Assembly (NCBI GenBank): GCA_964464595.1 | Contig: CAYXGW010000029.1 | Location: 1-51,009, forward strand | From: an uncultured Deferribacteres bacterium | GTDB taxonomy: Bacteria; Zhuqueibacterota; JdFR-76; DREG01 | Length of the DNA stretch: 51,009 nt | Direction of reading: 5' to 3' | Shown: positions 1-10,037 of the stretch, in pieces | Layout of the letters: every line of letters begins with the position of its first letter | Position numbering within the stretch: the first letter of the stretch is position 1 | Translations under genes and position numbers: made by a program | The notes under the pieces: model-generated | The model's input: only the letters and a program-made list of their open reading frames with translations | The model's database searches: none | What the model was told of the DNA's origin: nothing

Positions 1-119
1 ATTTTTTAAAACTTGAGGCCCTGGCAATTTTTCAAGCAATTCTTGCTTATTTTGCAGTCGATCCATTTGATGTTGCCCCGGTTAGTGGTATTATTCGGGA
101 CGCTGATACTCAAAAACCA

Positions 120-1847
120 ATGGACAATGTTTCCGTTCAGATATTAAACTCAAATAATAATTACTCTACGGATAATTATGGAAACGGCATTTATGTATTT
201 CCCGATTTGCAGGAAGGACAATATATCTTTGAAGTGACTGCTACGGGATATCAACCTAAAGTAGATTCCATTGAAGCCAAATCAGTTGAGTTTAACTTTT
301 TGGATTTTTCTTTACTCCCCAATATTTTGCCATTAATTGAGAATTCTTCACCTAGTCAAGGTGATTCCCTTTTTTCGCCATACGAATGGATCGAGATTCA
401 ATTTACACGGCAGATGGATATACAAAGTGTTGCTTCAGCCATTCTAGCCCTGCCGAATTTTCCAATGAAATTACTTTGGCTAAATCAAAACAGCAAGTTG
501 AGGATTATTCCTCAAGTAATATTGAGCTTTAATGAGGTTTATAATATTCAAATTGATACAACAGCTATGGATTATAATGGTAATCCAATCGACGGCCAGG
601 GCGATGGAAGTGAAGTAAGGCCATATGTTTTAAATTTTAAAACCGCTCCAATTGATTTATCAAAACCCCAGATTTTATCAACATCCCCAATCAATCTAGA
701 GGACGAAATTGTTGTCACGGATTTAGTCCGTATTGATTTGAATAAATCACTTGATCAATCGACTTTAATCAAAGAAAATGTAGTTTTGTTGGATCAAAAT
801 CAAAATAGAGTCGATGCGACATTTCATCAAGCCGCAATAAATGGTAACTACAGTTTATCAATCATTCCTGACAATCCTTTTAATGAAGCAGAAAAGTATA
901 CGGTAACTTTAAGGAAATCCTTAAGTGATTCAAATGGCGCTGGAATGGATCAACATTATCAATTTCACTTTAAATCAGATGAAACAATCCGAGATTATGT
1001 TTTGATTGATGACCTTAATTTAGGATTGGATCAATGGCCTAATCCCACAAATAGCGAGAGGTCTTTTGGATTTGTTGAAGAGCAAACAACTGTTTCCAGC
1101 TCAACTAACAAAGTTTTCAGAGATAGCATTGGGGTCATGCAAATAGAGTATGAAATAGTAGACAACGGTATATTGGATATTGCCTTTCAAGGGGAAAAAG
1201 TAGTATTGTATCCGGAAGATATTGTTGGAATTTATGTTTTTGGTAATGCTTCTAATGATTTAATTAGATTCTATTTTAACGATCCTTCGGATGGTCTGGA
1301 ATCAGGAGATTGGCAAGTAATCGACTGGGTGGGATGGAAACTGGTTGCTTTCCAAGTTGATAAGGATCAATTATTTGATTATGAAAATGGAAACGGAATT
1401 GTAGAAGATCATTTGGAATTTGCCGGATTTCAAATTTCAGGAAATGGCCATGGAACTTTGTTTGTTGAAAATGTCCATCTATTATCAATACCAAGAGTTA
1501 CAGCAGTAGAAGAGAGTGTAGTTGATGATGAGGGAAGCATTCCTGAAACACAAATGCTTGTCCAGGGATATCCTAATCCGTTTTCCAGGAACGCAAATCA
1601 TTCGGGAATATCAATCAACTATGTAATTCCTTCTTACCTCGAAAATGCTAAAATAAACCTTTCAATTTACAATATACTCGGTCAACAAATCCTGGAGTTG
1701 GTTAGTGATAATAAAATGCCTGGGTCTTATGAAATATTTTGGAATGTTCTTGATGAAACAGGTCAAATTTTACCAGCTGGCATTTATTTCTACAGATTGC
1801 AAGTAAATGAAATGGCAACCAATCAACGCCTTGTGATATTAAATTAG
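120..1847 (+). CDS. Secreted T9SS cargo protein with an N-terminal CarboxypepD_reg-like beta-sandwich and a C-terminal T9SS (Por) sorting domain. The reading frame is open back to window position 3, so the 5' end is probably cut by the window edge.
   Basis: The N-terminus reads 'VSGIIRDADTQKPMDNVSVQILNS...GIYVFPDLQEGQYIFEVTATGYQP', typical of a carboxypeptidase-regulatory-like domain. The C-terminus reads 'LVQGYPNPFSRNANHSGISINY...GIYFYRLQVN', matching the type-A T9SS C-terminal domain. There is no in-frame stop between position 3 and 120, and the upstream stretch is hydrophobic (signal-like). Confidence 0.6.
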   Translation: MDNVSVQILNSNNNYSTDNYGNGIYVFPDLQEGQYIFEVTATGYQPKVDSIEAKSVEFNFLDFSLLPNILPLIENSSPSQGDSLFSPYEWIEIQFTRQMDIQSVASAILALPNFPMKLLWLNQNSKLRIIPQVILSFNEVYNIQIDTTAMDYNGNPIDGQGDGSEVRPYVLNFKTAPIDLSKPQILSTSPINLEDEIVVTDLVRIDLNKSLDQSTLIKENVVLLDQNQNRVDATFHQAAINGNYSLSIIPDNPFNEAEKYTVTLRKSLSDSNGAGMDQHYQFHFKSDETIRDYVLIDDLNLGLDQWPNPTNSERSFGFVEEQTTVSSSTNKVFRDSIGVMQIEYEIVDNGILDIAFQGEKVVLYPEDIVGIYVFGNASNDLIRFYFNDPSDGLESGDWQVIDWVGWKLVAFQVDKDQLFDYENGNGIVEDHLEFAGFQISGNGHGTLFVENVHLLSIPRVTAVEESVVDDEGSIPETQMLVQGYPNPFSRNANHSGISINYVIPSYLENAKINLSIYNILGQQILELVSDNKMPGSYEIFWNVLDETGQILPAGIYFYRLQVNEMATNQRLVILN

Positions 1848-2055
1848 TACCAATCTAGCCAACCGCCCTCCTCTTCAAATTTATATTAGCTACCAAATTG
1901 GATTTACAAATCCGCGAAAATTCATACTTTTTGTCATATTGCTATAGACTCTGCAATATTGACACTCTATTGGTTTTGATAATTAGTTATGTTGTAATTC
2001 CTGTAACAATATAATATTAATAAAGTTATAGCATGGTATTATATTATTCTTTTTT

Positions 2056-2071
2056 TGGCACGCCTATTGCT
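2056..2071 (+). promoter_or_regulatory. Candidate sigma54 (RpoN) -24/-12 promoter for hsp20
   Basis: TGGCACGcctaTTGCT matches the TGGCACG-N4-TTGCW consensus exactly. The GC of the -12 element lies 71 nt upstream of the hsp20 ATG. Confidence 0.55.
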
Positions 2072-2140
2072 TTCCAAAGAACAAAGAAATAAAAGTGAAA
2101 TCGAGTAAAATAAACAAAATAAATAGAAGGAGATAAAATT

Positions 2141-2590
2141 ATGACACTAGTAAGATGGCGACCGAGTAGAGATCTACTGAATATAAACAGCGATTTTGAT
2201 CGCTTATTCAGCGATTTTTTTGGCAATAGTCTAAGTAAAAGATATAATGGATCGGAAAGAACCATTTATCCAAGCATTGACCTTTTGGAGTCCGACAAAG
2301 AATTTGTCGTGAAAGCTGAGTTGCCGGGAATTGATAAAGACAATGTTAAGATAACTTTGCAGGAAAATATCTTAACTTTACTTGGTGACAAGATCCAGGA
2401 AAAGGAAGAGAAGAACGAAAATTATCGTCATAATGAAAGAATTTATGGCGTATTTGAGCGTTCGATTCGACTTCCAAATTTTGTTGATGCCAAGAAGATT
2501 AAGGCAAATTTTAAGGATGGAATATTAAGTATTAACTTGCCAAAATCAGCAGAAGCAAAGCTTAAAGAGATCCCTATTTCAGTCAATTAA
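2141..2590 (+). CDS. Hsp20/alpha-crystallin family small heat-shock protein
   Basis: The alpha-crystallin domain reads 'VVKAELPGIDKDNVKITLQENILTLLGDK...GVFERSIRLPNFVDAKKIKANFKDGILSINLPK'. An AGGAG RBS lies 8 nt upstream. Confidence 0.9.
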   Translation: MTLVRWRPSRDLLNINSDFDRLFSDFFGNSLSKRYNGSERTIYPSIDLLESDKEFVVKAELPGIDKDNVKITLQENILTLLGDKIQEKEEKNENYRHNERIYGVFERSIRLPNFVDAKKIKANFKDGILSINLPKSAEAKLKEIPISVN

Positions 2591-2605
2591 TCATTAAAGA
2601 GATAA

Positions 2606-2639
2606 AGGGTGGCGATTTTACTGCCACCCTATTTTTTTC
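2606..2639 (+). terminator. Rho-independent terminator after hsp20
   Basis: Stem AGGGTGGC/GCCACCCT with a 9-nt loop, followed by a T7 run. Confidence 0.75.
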
Positions 2640-2697
2640 AATCAATCCAAAAAAAATATTAGTAACAATTTCAAATTTTATTAAAAGAGATGCATTA

Positions 2698-3201
2698 ATG
2701 ATTAAAATTGATATTGAGTTTGATAAAACAAATAAAACGGTAGAAAATACGCCAAGTAACAATAGCAACAACCAGAGCTCTAAAAGATCTGAATATTTAG
2801 AGTTATTTCAAATGACAAAGGCGGAGTTCGATAATTTTAAAAAAAGAACGGAGAAAGAAAAGTTGGAATTGTCGGAATTCGTTGAAGGAAATTTAATTTC
2901 AAAAATTCTTCCGGTATTGGATGATTTTGAAAGAATGTTGCAATCTGAAGTTCAAGTTAAACCGCTATTAGAAGGTTGTCGCTTAATTTACAAAAATCTT
3001 AATTCAATATTTACTGCACTTGGCTTAAGTGAGTTTGGAAAAATAGGAGATTCATTCGATCCAAATATGCATGAGGCAATCGCAGTAAATAAAGGGGAAG
3101 ATGAGATCGATAACAAAATAATGTCAATATTAGAAAAAGGCTATATATTTAAAAATAGAATACTTAGGTATGCGAAAGTTGAAGTTGGAGCAGCACAATA
3201 A
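2698..3201 (+). CDS. grpE: Nucleotide exchange factor GrpE
   Basis: The GrpE-like coiled-coil and head region reads '[15 protein letters not shown]...[12 protein letters not shown]...[23 protein letters not shown]'. The gene lies immediately upstream of dnaJ. Confidence 0.85.
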   Translation: MIKIDIEFDKTNKTVENTPSNNSNNQSSKRSEYLELFQMTKAEFDNFKKRTEKEKLELSEFVEGNLISKILPVLDDFERMLQSEVQVKPLLEGCRLIYKNLNSIFTALGLSEFGKIGDSFDPNMHEAIAVNKGEDEIDNKIMSILEKGYIFKNRILRYAKVEVGAAQ

Positions 3202-3221
3202 AGCAAAGGTATTACATAACA

Positions 3222-4115
3222 ATGTCTAACAAAGATTATTACAATATTTTAGGAATTAAAGAAAATGCTTCTTCAGATGAAATTAAAAAAGCCTATAGAA
3301 AACTAGCTAAAAAATATCATCCGGATTCGCATCCAGGTGATAAAACTGCAGAATCTCACTTTAAAAAGATTGCTGAAGCTTATGATGTTTTGTCAGATGT
3401 TACAAAAAGAAAGCAATATAATCAATATCGTAAATATGGTGGTTCTTTTCCCGGTGGTAATTTTGGCAATTCTCAATATGAGTGGAACACTTCAAATGGC
3501 TTAGGCTTTGATTTTGGAAGTAGTTTCGGTGATATTTTTTCCAATTTATTTGGTCAAAATGGCAGTAGTTCCAGGCGAAGCAGGGAAAGAAAAAGTCAGG
3601 ATATTTTTGCTGATTTACAAGTTCCTTTTAAAACAACTGCTTATGGTGGTAAACAAACATTTAGCATACAGGCTAACGGAGTAAAAAAAACTCTCTCAGT
3701 GAATATTAATCCGGGAATAGAGAACAAAGATCAAATTCGCTTATCAGGTCAAGGCTCTAGGGGAATCGGAGGCGAGCCAGGTGATTTGATTTTAACGGTT
3801 TATATCACACCTATAGCTAATTTTAAGAGAGAAGGATTAGATATTATTAACATCGTAGAATTAAATTTAGCTCAAGCTTTACTTGGAACAAAACTTAAAG
3901 TTCAAACATTAGAAGGCAGAAAGGTGCAAGTATCAATTCCTGAAGGAAGCCAGAATGGACAAAGACTTCGTCTTAAAGGACTAGGTATCAAAACTCGGAA
4001 TAATAAGTCTGGAGAATATTTTTTGGAATTTAAGATTAATATGCCAGCAAAACTTAATAAAGACCAAAAAGAACTAATTGAAGAATTTGCACGTAAGAGT
4101 AGTCTAAATTTTTAG
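3222..4115 (+). CDS. J-domain co-chaperone, class B (CbpA/DnaJB-like; J domain plus G/F-rich region, no CxxCxGxG zinc finger)
   Basis: J domain '[31 protein letters not shown]', followed by a Gly/Phe-rich linker and C-terminal substrate-binding domains. No Cys repeats are present. Confidence 0.85.
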   Translation: MSNKDYYNILGIKENASSDEIKKAYRKLAKKYHPDSHPGDKTAESHFKKIAEAYDVLSDVTKRKQYNQYRKYGGSFPGGNFGNSQYEWNTSNGLGFDFGSSFGDIFSNLFGQNGSSSRRSRERKSQDIFADLQVPFKTTAYGGKQTFSIQANGVKKTLSVNINPGIENKDQIRLSGQGSRGIGGEPGDLILTVYITPIANFKREGLDIINIVELNLAQALLGTKLKVQTLEGRKVQVSIPEGSQNGQRLRLKGLGIKTRNNKSGEYFLEFKINMPAKLNKDQKELIEEFARKSSLNF

Positions 4116-4128
4116 AAAGGAAGCTATC

Positions 4129-5643
4129 ATGTTAAAAAATAGAAAATTTGGATTAGGTGTATCTTTAATATTTGTAATTGGACTAATGGTTGGAATAATC
4201 CTGACGTCTCAATTGAACACCGCAACCCCCTTAAACGCAACAACTGCGAATCCTGAAATTAATCCTAATCTTGTTCAGAATGCTGAACTAACACCTCAAC
4301 AGGATGATTTAATATCACAGTTAAATGGAATTTTTACGCAAGCTGCAAAAAAAATAAAACCGTCGGTTGTAACTATATTCAGCAAAAAAATCATAAAAAC
4401 TCGAGGCTATACAAGTCCACGTGATCTTTTTGATGAATTTTTTCGCGGACGACGAAGGCAACAACCTAATGAACGAGAATTTGTCCAAAAAGGAATGGGT
4501 TCTGGCGTTATTATTGATGCAGATGGTCTGATTCTAACAAACAACCATGTTGTTCAAGGTGCCGATGATATCAGTGTAAAAACAATAGACGGGAAAATCT
4601 ATGATGCTGAAATCATTGGGACAGATCCAAACACAGATTTAGCGGTAGTAAAAATCGATGTTACAGGTTTACCCGCAGCTAGTTTAGGTAATTCTGATCA
4701 ACTTGAAGTAGGCGAGTGGGTTTTAGCAGTTGGTAATCCTTTTTCAGAAGAATTGCATCAAACAGTTACTAAGGGAATTGTAAGTGCAAAAGGGCGTCAA
4801 GATTTAAATTTAGCTGCATATGAAGATTTCATTCAAACAGATGCTCCGATAAATCCTGGAAATAGTGGAGGGGCTTTGGTTAACTTACGTGGTGAATTAG
4901 TAGGAATTAATACTGCAATTATAGCTCCAAATGGGGCTTTTTCGGGCATCGGTTTTGCTATTCCTGTAAACTTGGCTAGAAGAATCATGAAGGATCTTAT
5001 TGATAAAGGTAGAGTAATTCGTGGCTATTTGGGGGTGGTCATTCAACCTGTAAATGCAGATCTTGCTAAGGTATTAAACCTGAAAGATACAAAGGGTGCA
5101 ATTATTTCGAGCGTTGAAAAAGATAGTCCGGCATACAATGCAGGGTTTAAATCATCGGACGTTATTTTAAAATTTGACGGTACAGAAATTCGTGATGATG
5201 ACCACCTCAGATTTGTAGTTGCGGACATTCAACCGGGGAAAAAAGTTCAGACAATCATTAATCGTGATGGGAAAGAAAAGAGACTCTCGATTGTTATAGG
5301 TGAACGGTCAGAACCGGGGCAGGAGTCCACTCCATCAGTCTCATCAACAATTAAACAAAAATTGGATATAGAAGTTAGCAATTTAACTTCTGAATTAACC
5401 GGACAATACGGCTATACCGAGAACAGTGGTGTGTTGATTACTCATGTTGGAACGAAAATTCAAACCCAGCGAAAAGATTTACGTGTGGGAGATTTAATCA
5501 AAGAAGTGAATCGAAAGAAAGTCACGATTGTTTCAGAATTTTATGAAATAATCAGAAACCTTGAAAAGGGAGATAGAGTATTATTTCTTGCCCAAAGAGG
5601 AGCGAATAACTTTTTTGAAGCATTAGAAATCAATGAGGATTAA
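4129..5643 (+). CDS. htrA: Periplasmic serine endoprotease HtrA/DegP family (trypsin domain plus two PDZ domains)
   Basis: 'LTNNHVV' carries the catalytic His, 'TDLAVVKI' the Asp and 'GNSGGALVN' the Ser. There is an N-terminal TM/signal and a PDZ-like C-terminal half. Confidence 0.9.
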   Translation: MLKNRKFGLGVSLIFVIGLMVGIILTSQLNTATPLNATTANPEINPNLVQNAELTPQQDDLISQLNGIFTQAAKKIKPSVVTIFSKKIIKTRGYTSPRDLFDEFFRGRRRQQPNEREFVQKGMGSGVIIDADGLILTNNHVVQGADDISVKTIDGKIYDAEIIGTDPNTDLAVVKIDVTGLPAASLGNSDQLEVGEWVLAVGNPFSEELHQTVTKGIVSAKGRQDLNLAAYEDFIQTDAPINPGNSGGALVNLRGELVGINTAIIAPNGAFSGIGFAIPVNLARRIMKDLIDKGRVIRGYLGVVIQPVNADLAKVLNLKDTKGAIISSVEKDSPAYNAGFKSSDVILKFDGTEIRDDDHLRFVVADIQPGKKVQTIINRDGKEKRLSIVIGERSEPGQESTPSVSSTIKQKLDIEVSNLTSELTGQYGYTENSGVLITHVGTKIQTQRKDLRVGDLIKEVNRKKVTIVSEFYEIIRNLEKGDRVLFLAQRGANNFFEALEINED

Positions 5644-5693
5644 ATTTTTCTTAAAATTGCTTAAAATTTAATAAATCCGGATAGTATTTTATT

Positions 5694-6938
5694 ATGATCT
5701 TCCATAGTAAAAGCAACATTCTTTTAATTGCATTCTTCATTGTGCTTGGATTGATGAGCATGGGTAGTCCTACCTTTTCTCAGACAAGCAGAACAATGAA
5801 TTATAATTTCCAGGTAAAACAATTTCCTACCGAAAACCCGGATAGCTCTTTGGTTCGATTTTATATTACTGTTTCTTTTGGTTCTTTGGTGTTTGTTCAT
5901 GAAGATTCAGGATTTGTTGCGGCAATTAGCTTTAATCTCTTTGTACAAGATAATGAAAAAAGCATTGTTTATGAATACCCTTGGCGAGAGAAAGTCCATG
6001 TCCGTAGTTATAAGCAAACCAGCAATGATTCTATAACAATTCAACTTAAAGACCAGGTAACCCTAAAGTCGGGAAAGTATAAGATAATCATAGAAGCGAC
6101 GGACGAAAACGTTGGGCTTTCAGACTACAGAGAAATCGAACTTATAGCAAAAGAGGGTACTAGTGAAGTATTAGTTCTCGGGGAAATCTTAAATGTTTAT
6201 GAATCGGTCAATAAAGATTTTGTTTTTAATGAGTTACACCCAATCCCGGACAATACAATTCATAATAAATTTAGCCTGGTTAGCGAAGCATTTGTAGTTA
6301 AACAAAATATTCATTGGACCGGGGAAGTTATCTGGATTGAGAATAATGAAGAAATTCGAAGGGATGATTTGAATTTATTTCATGTTGGTAGAAAATTAAA
6401 ATTGTCTCGTTCTTATTCTATTGAGGATACACCACTGGGTCATTTTTCGGTTTATTTTCGGTTAAAAGGAAATGGTTTTACTTCGAAGACTTTACCAATT
6501 GAGCTTGAAATATTTAAATTGGTTACCTTTATGGACGAAGAAAATTTGGATAAAGCTGTTGAACAAATACGATATATAGGAAGTGGGGCAATTTATGATT
6601 CTTTAACCTCAGCCAGAACGCTTGAACAAAAACAGCACTGGTTCCGTCAATTTTGGAATTCCAATTACCCTTCCAATGATTCCCTTCGAAATCCTATTAA
6701 AGAAGAGTTTTATCGAAGAATAAGGTTCTCTAATAGGGCTTTTGGATCCGGGTTTGAGGGTTGGAAAACAGATCGAGGCCATACTTATATAGTTTATGGG
6801 CCACCAGATGAAATTAATAGAGAGACAAATCAACGTATGTGGCGCTATGAAATTTGGGCGTACACTTCGTTAAGGAAACAATTTATTTTTGTCGATGAAT
6901 ATGGTACCGGAGATTACCGTTTGATTAGAGAGTACTAA
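5694..6938 (+). CDS. GWxTD domain-containing secreted protein
   Basis: Signal peptide, then a C-terminal 'GWKTDRGHTYIVYGPPDEI...WRYEIWAY' match to the GWxTD family signature. Confidence 0.7.
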   Translation: MIFHSKSNILLIAFFIVLGLMSMGSPTFSQTSRTMNYNFQVKQFPTENPDSSLVRFYITVSFGSLVFVHEDSGFVAAISFNLFVQDNEKSIVYEYPWREKVHVRSYKQTSNDSITIQLKDQVTLKSGKYKIIIEATDENVGLSDYREIELIAKEGTSEVLVLGEILNVYESVNKDFVFNELHPIPDNTIHNKFSLVSEAFVVKQNIHWTGEVIWIENNEEIRRDDLNLFHVGRKLKLSRSYSIEDTPLGHFSVYFRLKGNGFTSKTLPIELEIFKLVTFMDEENLDKAVEQIRYIGSGAIYDSLTSARTLEQKQHWFRQFWNSNYPSNDSLRNPIKEEFYRRIRFSNRAFGSGFEGWKTDRGHTYIVYGPPDEINRETNQRMWRYEIWAYTSLRKQFIFVDEYGTGDYRLIREY

Positions 6939-7002
6939 ACTCGACTTGATATTTTCAAAATAAAAAATAAATAGTATCTTTTGGTATCGGAGGTTGCAAT
7001 TT

Positions 7003-7302
7003 ATGCCTACTTATGAATATCGTTGTACTGTATGTGAAAATCAATTTGAAGTCTTTCAATCGATAAAAGATGATCCGATAGACTTATGTCCGGAGTGCGG
7101 GGGAAAAGCAAAAAAACTCTTAAGTGCCGGAATTGGATTAATTTTTAAAGGAAGTGGATTTTACATCACCGATTATAAAAATAATGGCAACAAATCTGAT
7201 AAAAAAGAAAATATTGAAAAAGAGAAAAAAAAGGAAACAGTTAGTTCCGGAAAAGGGGATGGTTCTCAATCCAAAACTTCAGAAAAATCAAAAAATCAAT
7301 AG
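7003..7302 (+). CDS. FmdB-family zinc-ribbon protein with a Lys/Ser-rich tail
   Basis: 'MPTYEYRCTVCENQFEV...CPECGG' is the FmdB CxxC...CxxC zinc ribbon. The ATG at 7003 lies 9 nt after GGAGG. The ORF-track TTG at 6994 is less likely. Confidence 0.7.
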   Translation: MPTYEYRCTVCENQFEVFQSIKDDPIDLCPECGGKAKKLLSAGIGLIFKGSGFYITDYKNNGNKSDKKENIEKEKKKETVSSGKGDGSQSKTSEKSKNQ

Positions 7303-7507
7303 AGAATATATTTGGTGGATTAAGTAAATTTCCGGTTTTTTCATCCGGAATATTCAATATGTAGAAATAATATCTGTCACATAGTCTAGCTCTTCTGACA
7401 ATAAGACCTTAATTTCTGTCATAATTTCAAATCACTCCTTTTTGTAGCATTTTGACAATTGTTCATAACTCATTGATAAATAAGAACTAATATCAATAAA
7501 CAAAACT

Positions 7508-7523
7508 TGGTACAGTGCTTGCT
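7508..7523 (+). promoter_or_regulatory. Candidate sigma54 -24/-12 promoter for the hsp20-dnaK operon
   Basis: TGGTACAgtgcTTGCT gives GG/GC at the canonical spacing, with the -12 GC 41 nt upstream of the hsp20 ATG. Confidence 0.5.
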
Positions 7524-7561
7524 AGTTAAATAGAAAATAATTATTTAGTTGGAGGTTCAAA

Positions 7562-7936
7562 ATGTCAGTTGGTCATATGTTAATGAAACAGAATACCCAT
7601 AATTGCCAAGTTCAAAAAGGGGTTTTCCCTGCAGTGGATGTTTCTGAATCTGATAAATCATTATTATTTCGAGCTGAATTGCCAGGATTTGATAAGAATG
7701 AATTGGAAGTAGCCTATGAAAAGGATAGGCTCATTCTTAAAGGTAAACGAAAACTTGAAATTAAATCTATGAAAGTTCATTTGAAAGAACGTTTTCAAGG
7801 GAAATTTGAACGTCAATTTGTTGTTTCTGAAGAGCTTAATCCGTCGGAATTTAAAGCCAGTTACAAGGATGGTATTTTGAGTGTATCGATTCCTAAAAAA
7901 GAGGAATTGAAGTTTTTGGATATCCCGATTAACTAA
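7562..7936 (+). CDS. Hsp20/alpha-crystallin family small heat-shock protein (second paralog)
   Basis: 'LLFRAELPGFDKNELEVAYEKDRLILKGKRK...FERQFVVSEELNPSEFKASYKDGILSVSIPKK'. A GGAGG RBS is present. Confidence 0.9.
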   Translation: MSVGHMLMKQNTHNCQVQKGVFPAVDVSESDKSLLFRAELPGFDKNELEVAYEKDRLILKGKRKLEIKSMKVHLKERFQGKFERQFVVSEELNPSEFKASYKDGILSVSIPKKEELKFLDIPIN

Positions 7937-7992
7937 CTATTTAATAAAATGAGATAGAAATTAATAAAAATTTACTAACGGAGGTAATTTAA

Positions 7993-9915
7993 ATGGGAAA
8001 AATTATTGGAATCGATTTAGGGACAACGAATTCATGTGTGGCGGTGATGGTCGGTGGTGAGCCGGTCGTTATCCAAAATTCTGAAGGGGTAAGGACTACT
8101 CCATCTATGGTGGGATTTCTGAAGAATGGTGAGAGGGTTGTTGGGCAACCTGCCAAGCGGCAAGCAATTACAAATCCGCAAAAAACAGTTTATTCCATCA
8201 AACGATTCATGGGTAGACGAAATAATGAAGTAACTGAAGAGATTAAGCAAGTGCCTTATAAGATTAAAAAGGGACGTGGAAATGTAGCTGTTGTAGATAT
8301 TGATGGAAAAGACTATACACCGCAAGAGATTTCCGCGATGGTTCTGCAAAAGATGAAGCAAACTGCCGAGGAATATTTAGGCGAAAAAGTAACAGAAGCT
8401 GTGATAACCGTTCCAGCTTATTTTAACGATAGCCAACGCACAGCTACGAAAGAAGCTGGTGAAGTTGCCGGTTTAAAGGTTAGACGAATAATTAATGAAC
8501 CTACAGCAGCTTCCCTGGCATATGGATTAGACAAGAAACATGATGAGAAAATTGCAGTTTATGATCTGGGTGGAGGGACTTTTGATATTTCGATCCTGGA
8601 ATTAGGTGATGGTGTATTTGAAGTGAAAGCAACAAGTGGTGATACTCATTTAGGTGGTGATGATTTTGATAAAAGAGTAATCGACTGGATGGTTGATGAA
8701 TTCAAAAAACAAGAAGGTGTAGATTTAAGCAAAGATCCTATGGCATTGCAGCGGTTAAAAGAAGCTGCTGAAAAAGCTAAAGTTGAATTGTCTAGTACTG
8801 CGCAAACCGATATTAATTTACCCTTTGTAACTGCTACTGAATCCGGGCCAAAGCATTTAACAGTCACTCTTTCTCGAGCTAAATTCGAACAACTTTGTGA
8901 AGATTTATTCGTACGATCCATTGAGCCTTGCAAAATCGCACTAAAAGATGCCAAGTTATCGGTCAATGATATTAATGAAGTTATAATCGTTGGTGGCTCA
9001 ACACGGATTCCTAAAATTCAAGATTTAGTAAAGGAATTCTTTAAGAAAGAGCCTAACCGAAGTGTAAATCCTGATGAAGTTGTGGCAATTGGTGCTGCAA
9101 TCCAGGGTGGTGTGCTTGCGGGTGAAGTTAAAGATGTTCTATTGCTTGATGTTACTCCGTTATCGCTCGGTATTGAGACTTTGGGTGGTGTAGCCACCAA
9201 ACTGATTGAAAAAAATACAACAGTTCCTACAAAGAAGACTGAAATATTCTCTACTGCTGCGGACAACCAGACTTCTGTCGAAATCCATGTATTGCAGGGT
9301 GAACGGGAAATGGCGACTTATAATAAATCTCTTGGCAAATTTCACCTAGATGGAATCCCGCCTTCGCCGCGTGGAGTGCCTCAAATTGAAGTGATCTTTG
9401 ATATCGATGCAAACGGAATTTTACACGTGAAAGCAATTGACAAAGCAACAAATAAAGAGCAATCAATTCGAATTGAAGCTTCCTCCGGATTATCTGATGC
9501 GGAAATTGAAAAAATGGTAAAAGATGCAGAACAGCATGCAGACGAAGATAAGAAACGTAAAGAAATAATTGATACTAAAAATCAGGCGGATCACCTGGTA
9601 TATACAACTGAAAAGAGCTTGAAGGAAAATGAAGAAAAAATATCAGACGATGATAAGAAGTCAATCGAATCTGCAATCGAAAAACTGAAAGAAGCAAATA
9701 AAGGTGAAAATGCTGAAGATATTAAGGCAGAGTTAGAAGCTGTAAACCAGGCCTGGGCTCCGGTTGCTCAGAAGCTTTATGCCGATGCTTCAACTGCTCA
9801 GGCTCAAGCTGAACCGCAACCAGATAGTGACGAAGCTCAAACAAGTAAAAATGGCAAAGAAAAAGTTGAAGATGCTGATTATGAAGTAATCGACGATCAA
9901 GATAAAAAAGAGTAA
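7993..9915 (+). CDS. dnaK: Molecular chaperone DnaK (Hsp70)
   Basis: '[18 protein letters not shown]', '[12 protein letters not shown]' and the C-terminal lid. 640 aa. Confidence 0.98.
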   Translation: MGKIIGIDLGTTNSCVAVMVGGEPVVIQNSEGVRTTPSMVGFLKNGERVVGQPAKRQAITNPQKTVYSIKRFMGRRNNEVTEEIKQVPYKIKKGRGNVAVVDIDGKDYTPQEISAMVLQKMKQTAEEYLGEKVTEAVITVPAYFNDSQRTATKEAGEVAGLKVRRIINEPTAASLAYGLDKKHDEKIAVYDLGGGTFDISILELGDGVFEVKATSGDTHLGGDDFDKRVIDWMVDEFKKQEGVDLSKDPMALQRLKEAAEKAKVELSSTAQTDINLPFVTATESGPKHLTVTLSRAKFEQLCEDLFVRSIEPCKIALKDAKLSVNDINEVIIVGGSTRIPKIQDLVKEFFKKEPNRSVNPDEVVAIGAAIQGGVLAGEVKDVLLLDVTPLSLGIETLGGVATKLIEKNTTVPTKKTEIFSTAADNQTSVEIHVLQGEREMATYNKSLGKFHLDGIPPSPRGVPQIEVIFDIDANGILHVKAIDKATNKEQSIRIEASSGLSDAEIEKMVKDAEQHADEDKKRKEIIDTKNQADHLVYTTEKSLKENEEKISDDDKKSIESAIEKLKEANKGENAEDIKAELEAVNQAWAPVAQKLYADASTAQAQAEPQPDSDEAQTSKNGKEKVEDADYEVIDDQDKKE

Positions 9916-9935
9916 ATTACGAGGAATCTAATATT

Positions 9936-9975
9936 ACGGCGAGTTGGAAAATATCCTCTCGCCGTTTTTTATTTT
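9936..9975 (+). terminator. Rho-independent terminator after dnaK
   Basis: Stem ACGGCGAG/CTCGCCGT followed by TTTTTTATTTT. Confidence 0.8.
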
Positions 9976-10037
9976 CAGTTACAATTATTATGATCATAAA
10001 TATTCTTTGGAGAATTTAGGAATTTGGTATATAGCAG

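Noticed and set aside
1276-1494. Antisense ORF inside the T9SS cargo gene. The same pattern holds for 8032..8361, 8646..8966, 9018..9466, 10289..12670 (several ORFs), 14543..15825, 26704..27072, 34971..35445, 35898..36274, 38225..38838, 39288..39593 and 39922..40195.
   Set aside because: All lie fully within well-supported genes on the opposite strand. They have no RBS and no recognisable motifs. They are typical shadow ORFs.
6981-6997. Sigma54-like TGGTATC...GTTGCA upstream of the FmdB gene
   Set aside because: GG to GC spacing is 12 rather than the canonical 11. The element overlaps the RBS and start, and the -12 is 'GTTGC'. Too weak to call.
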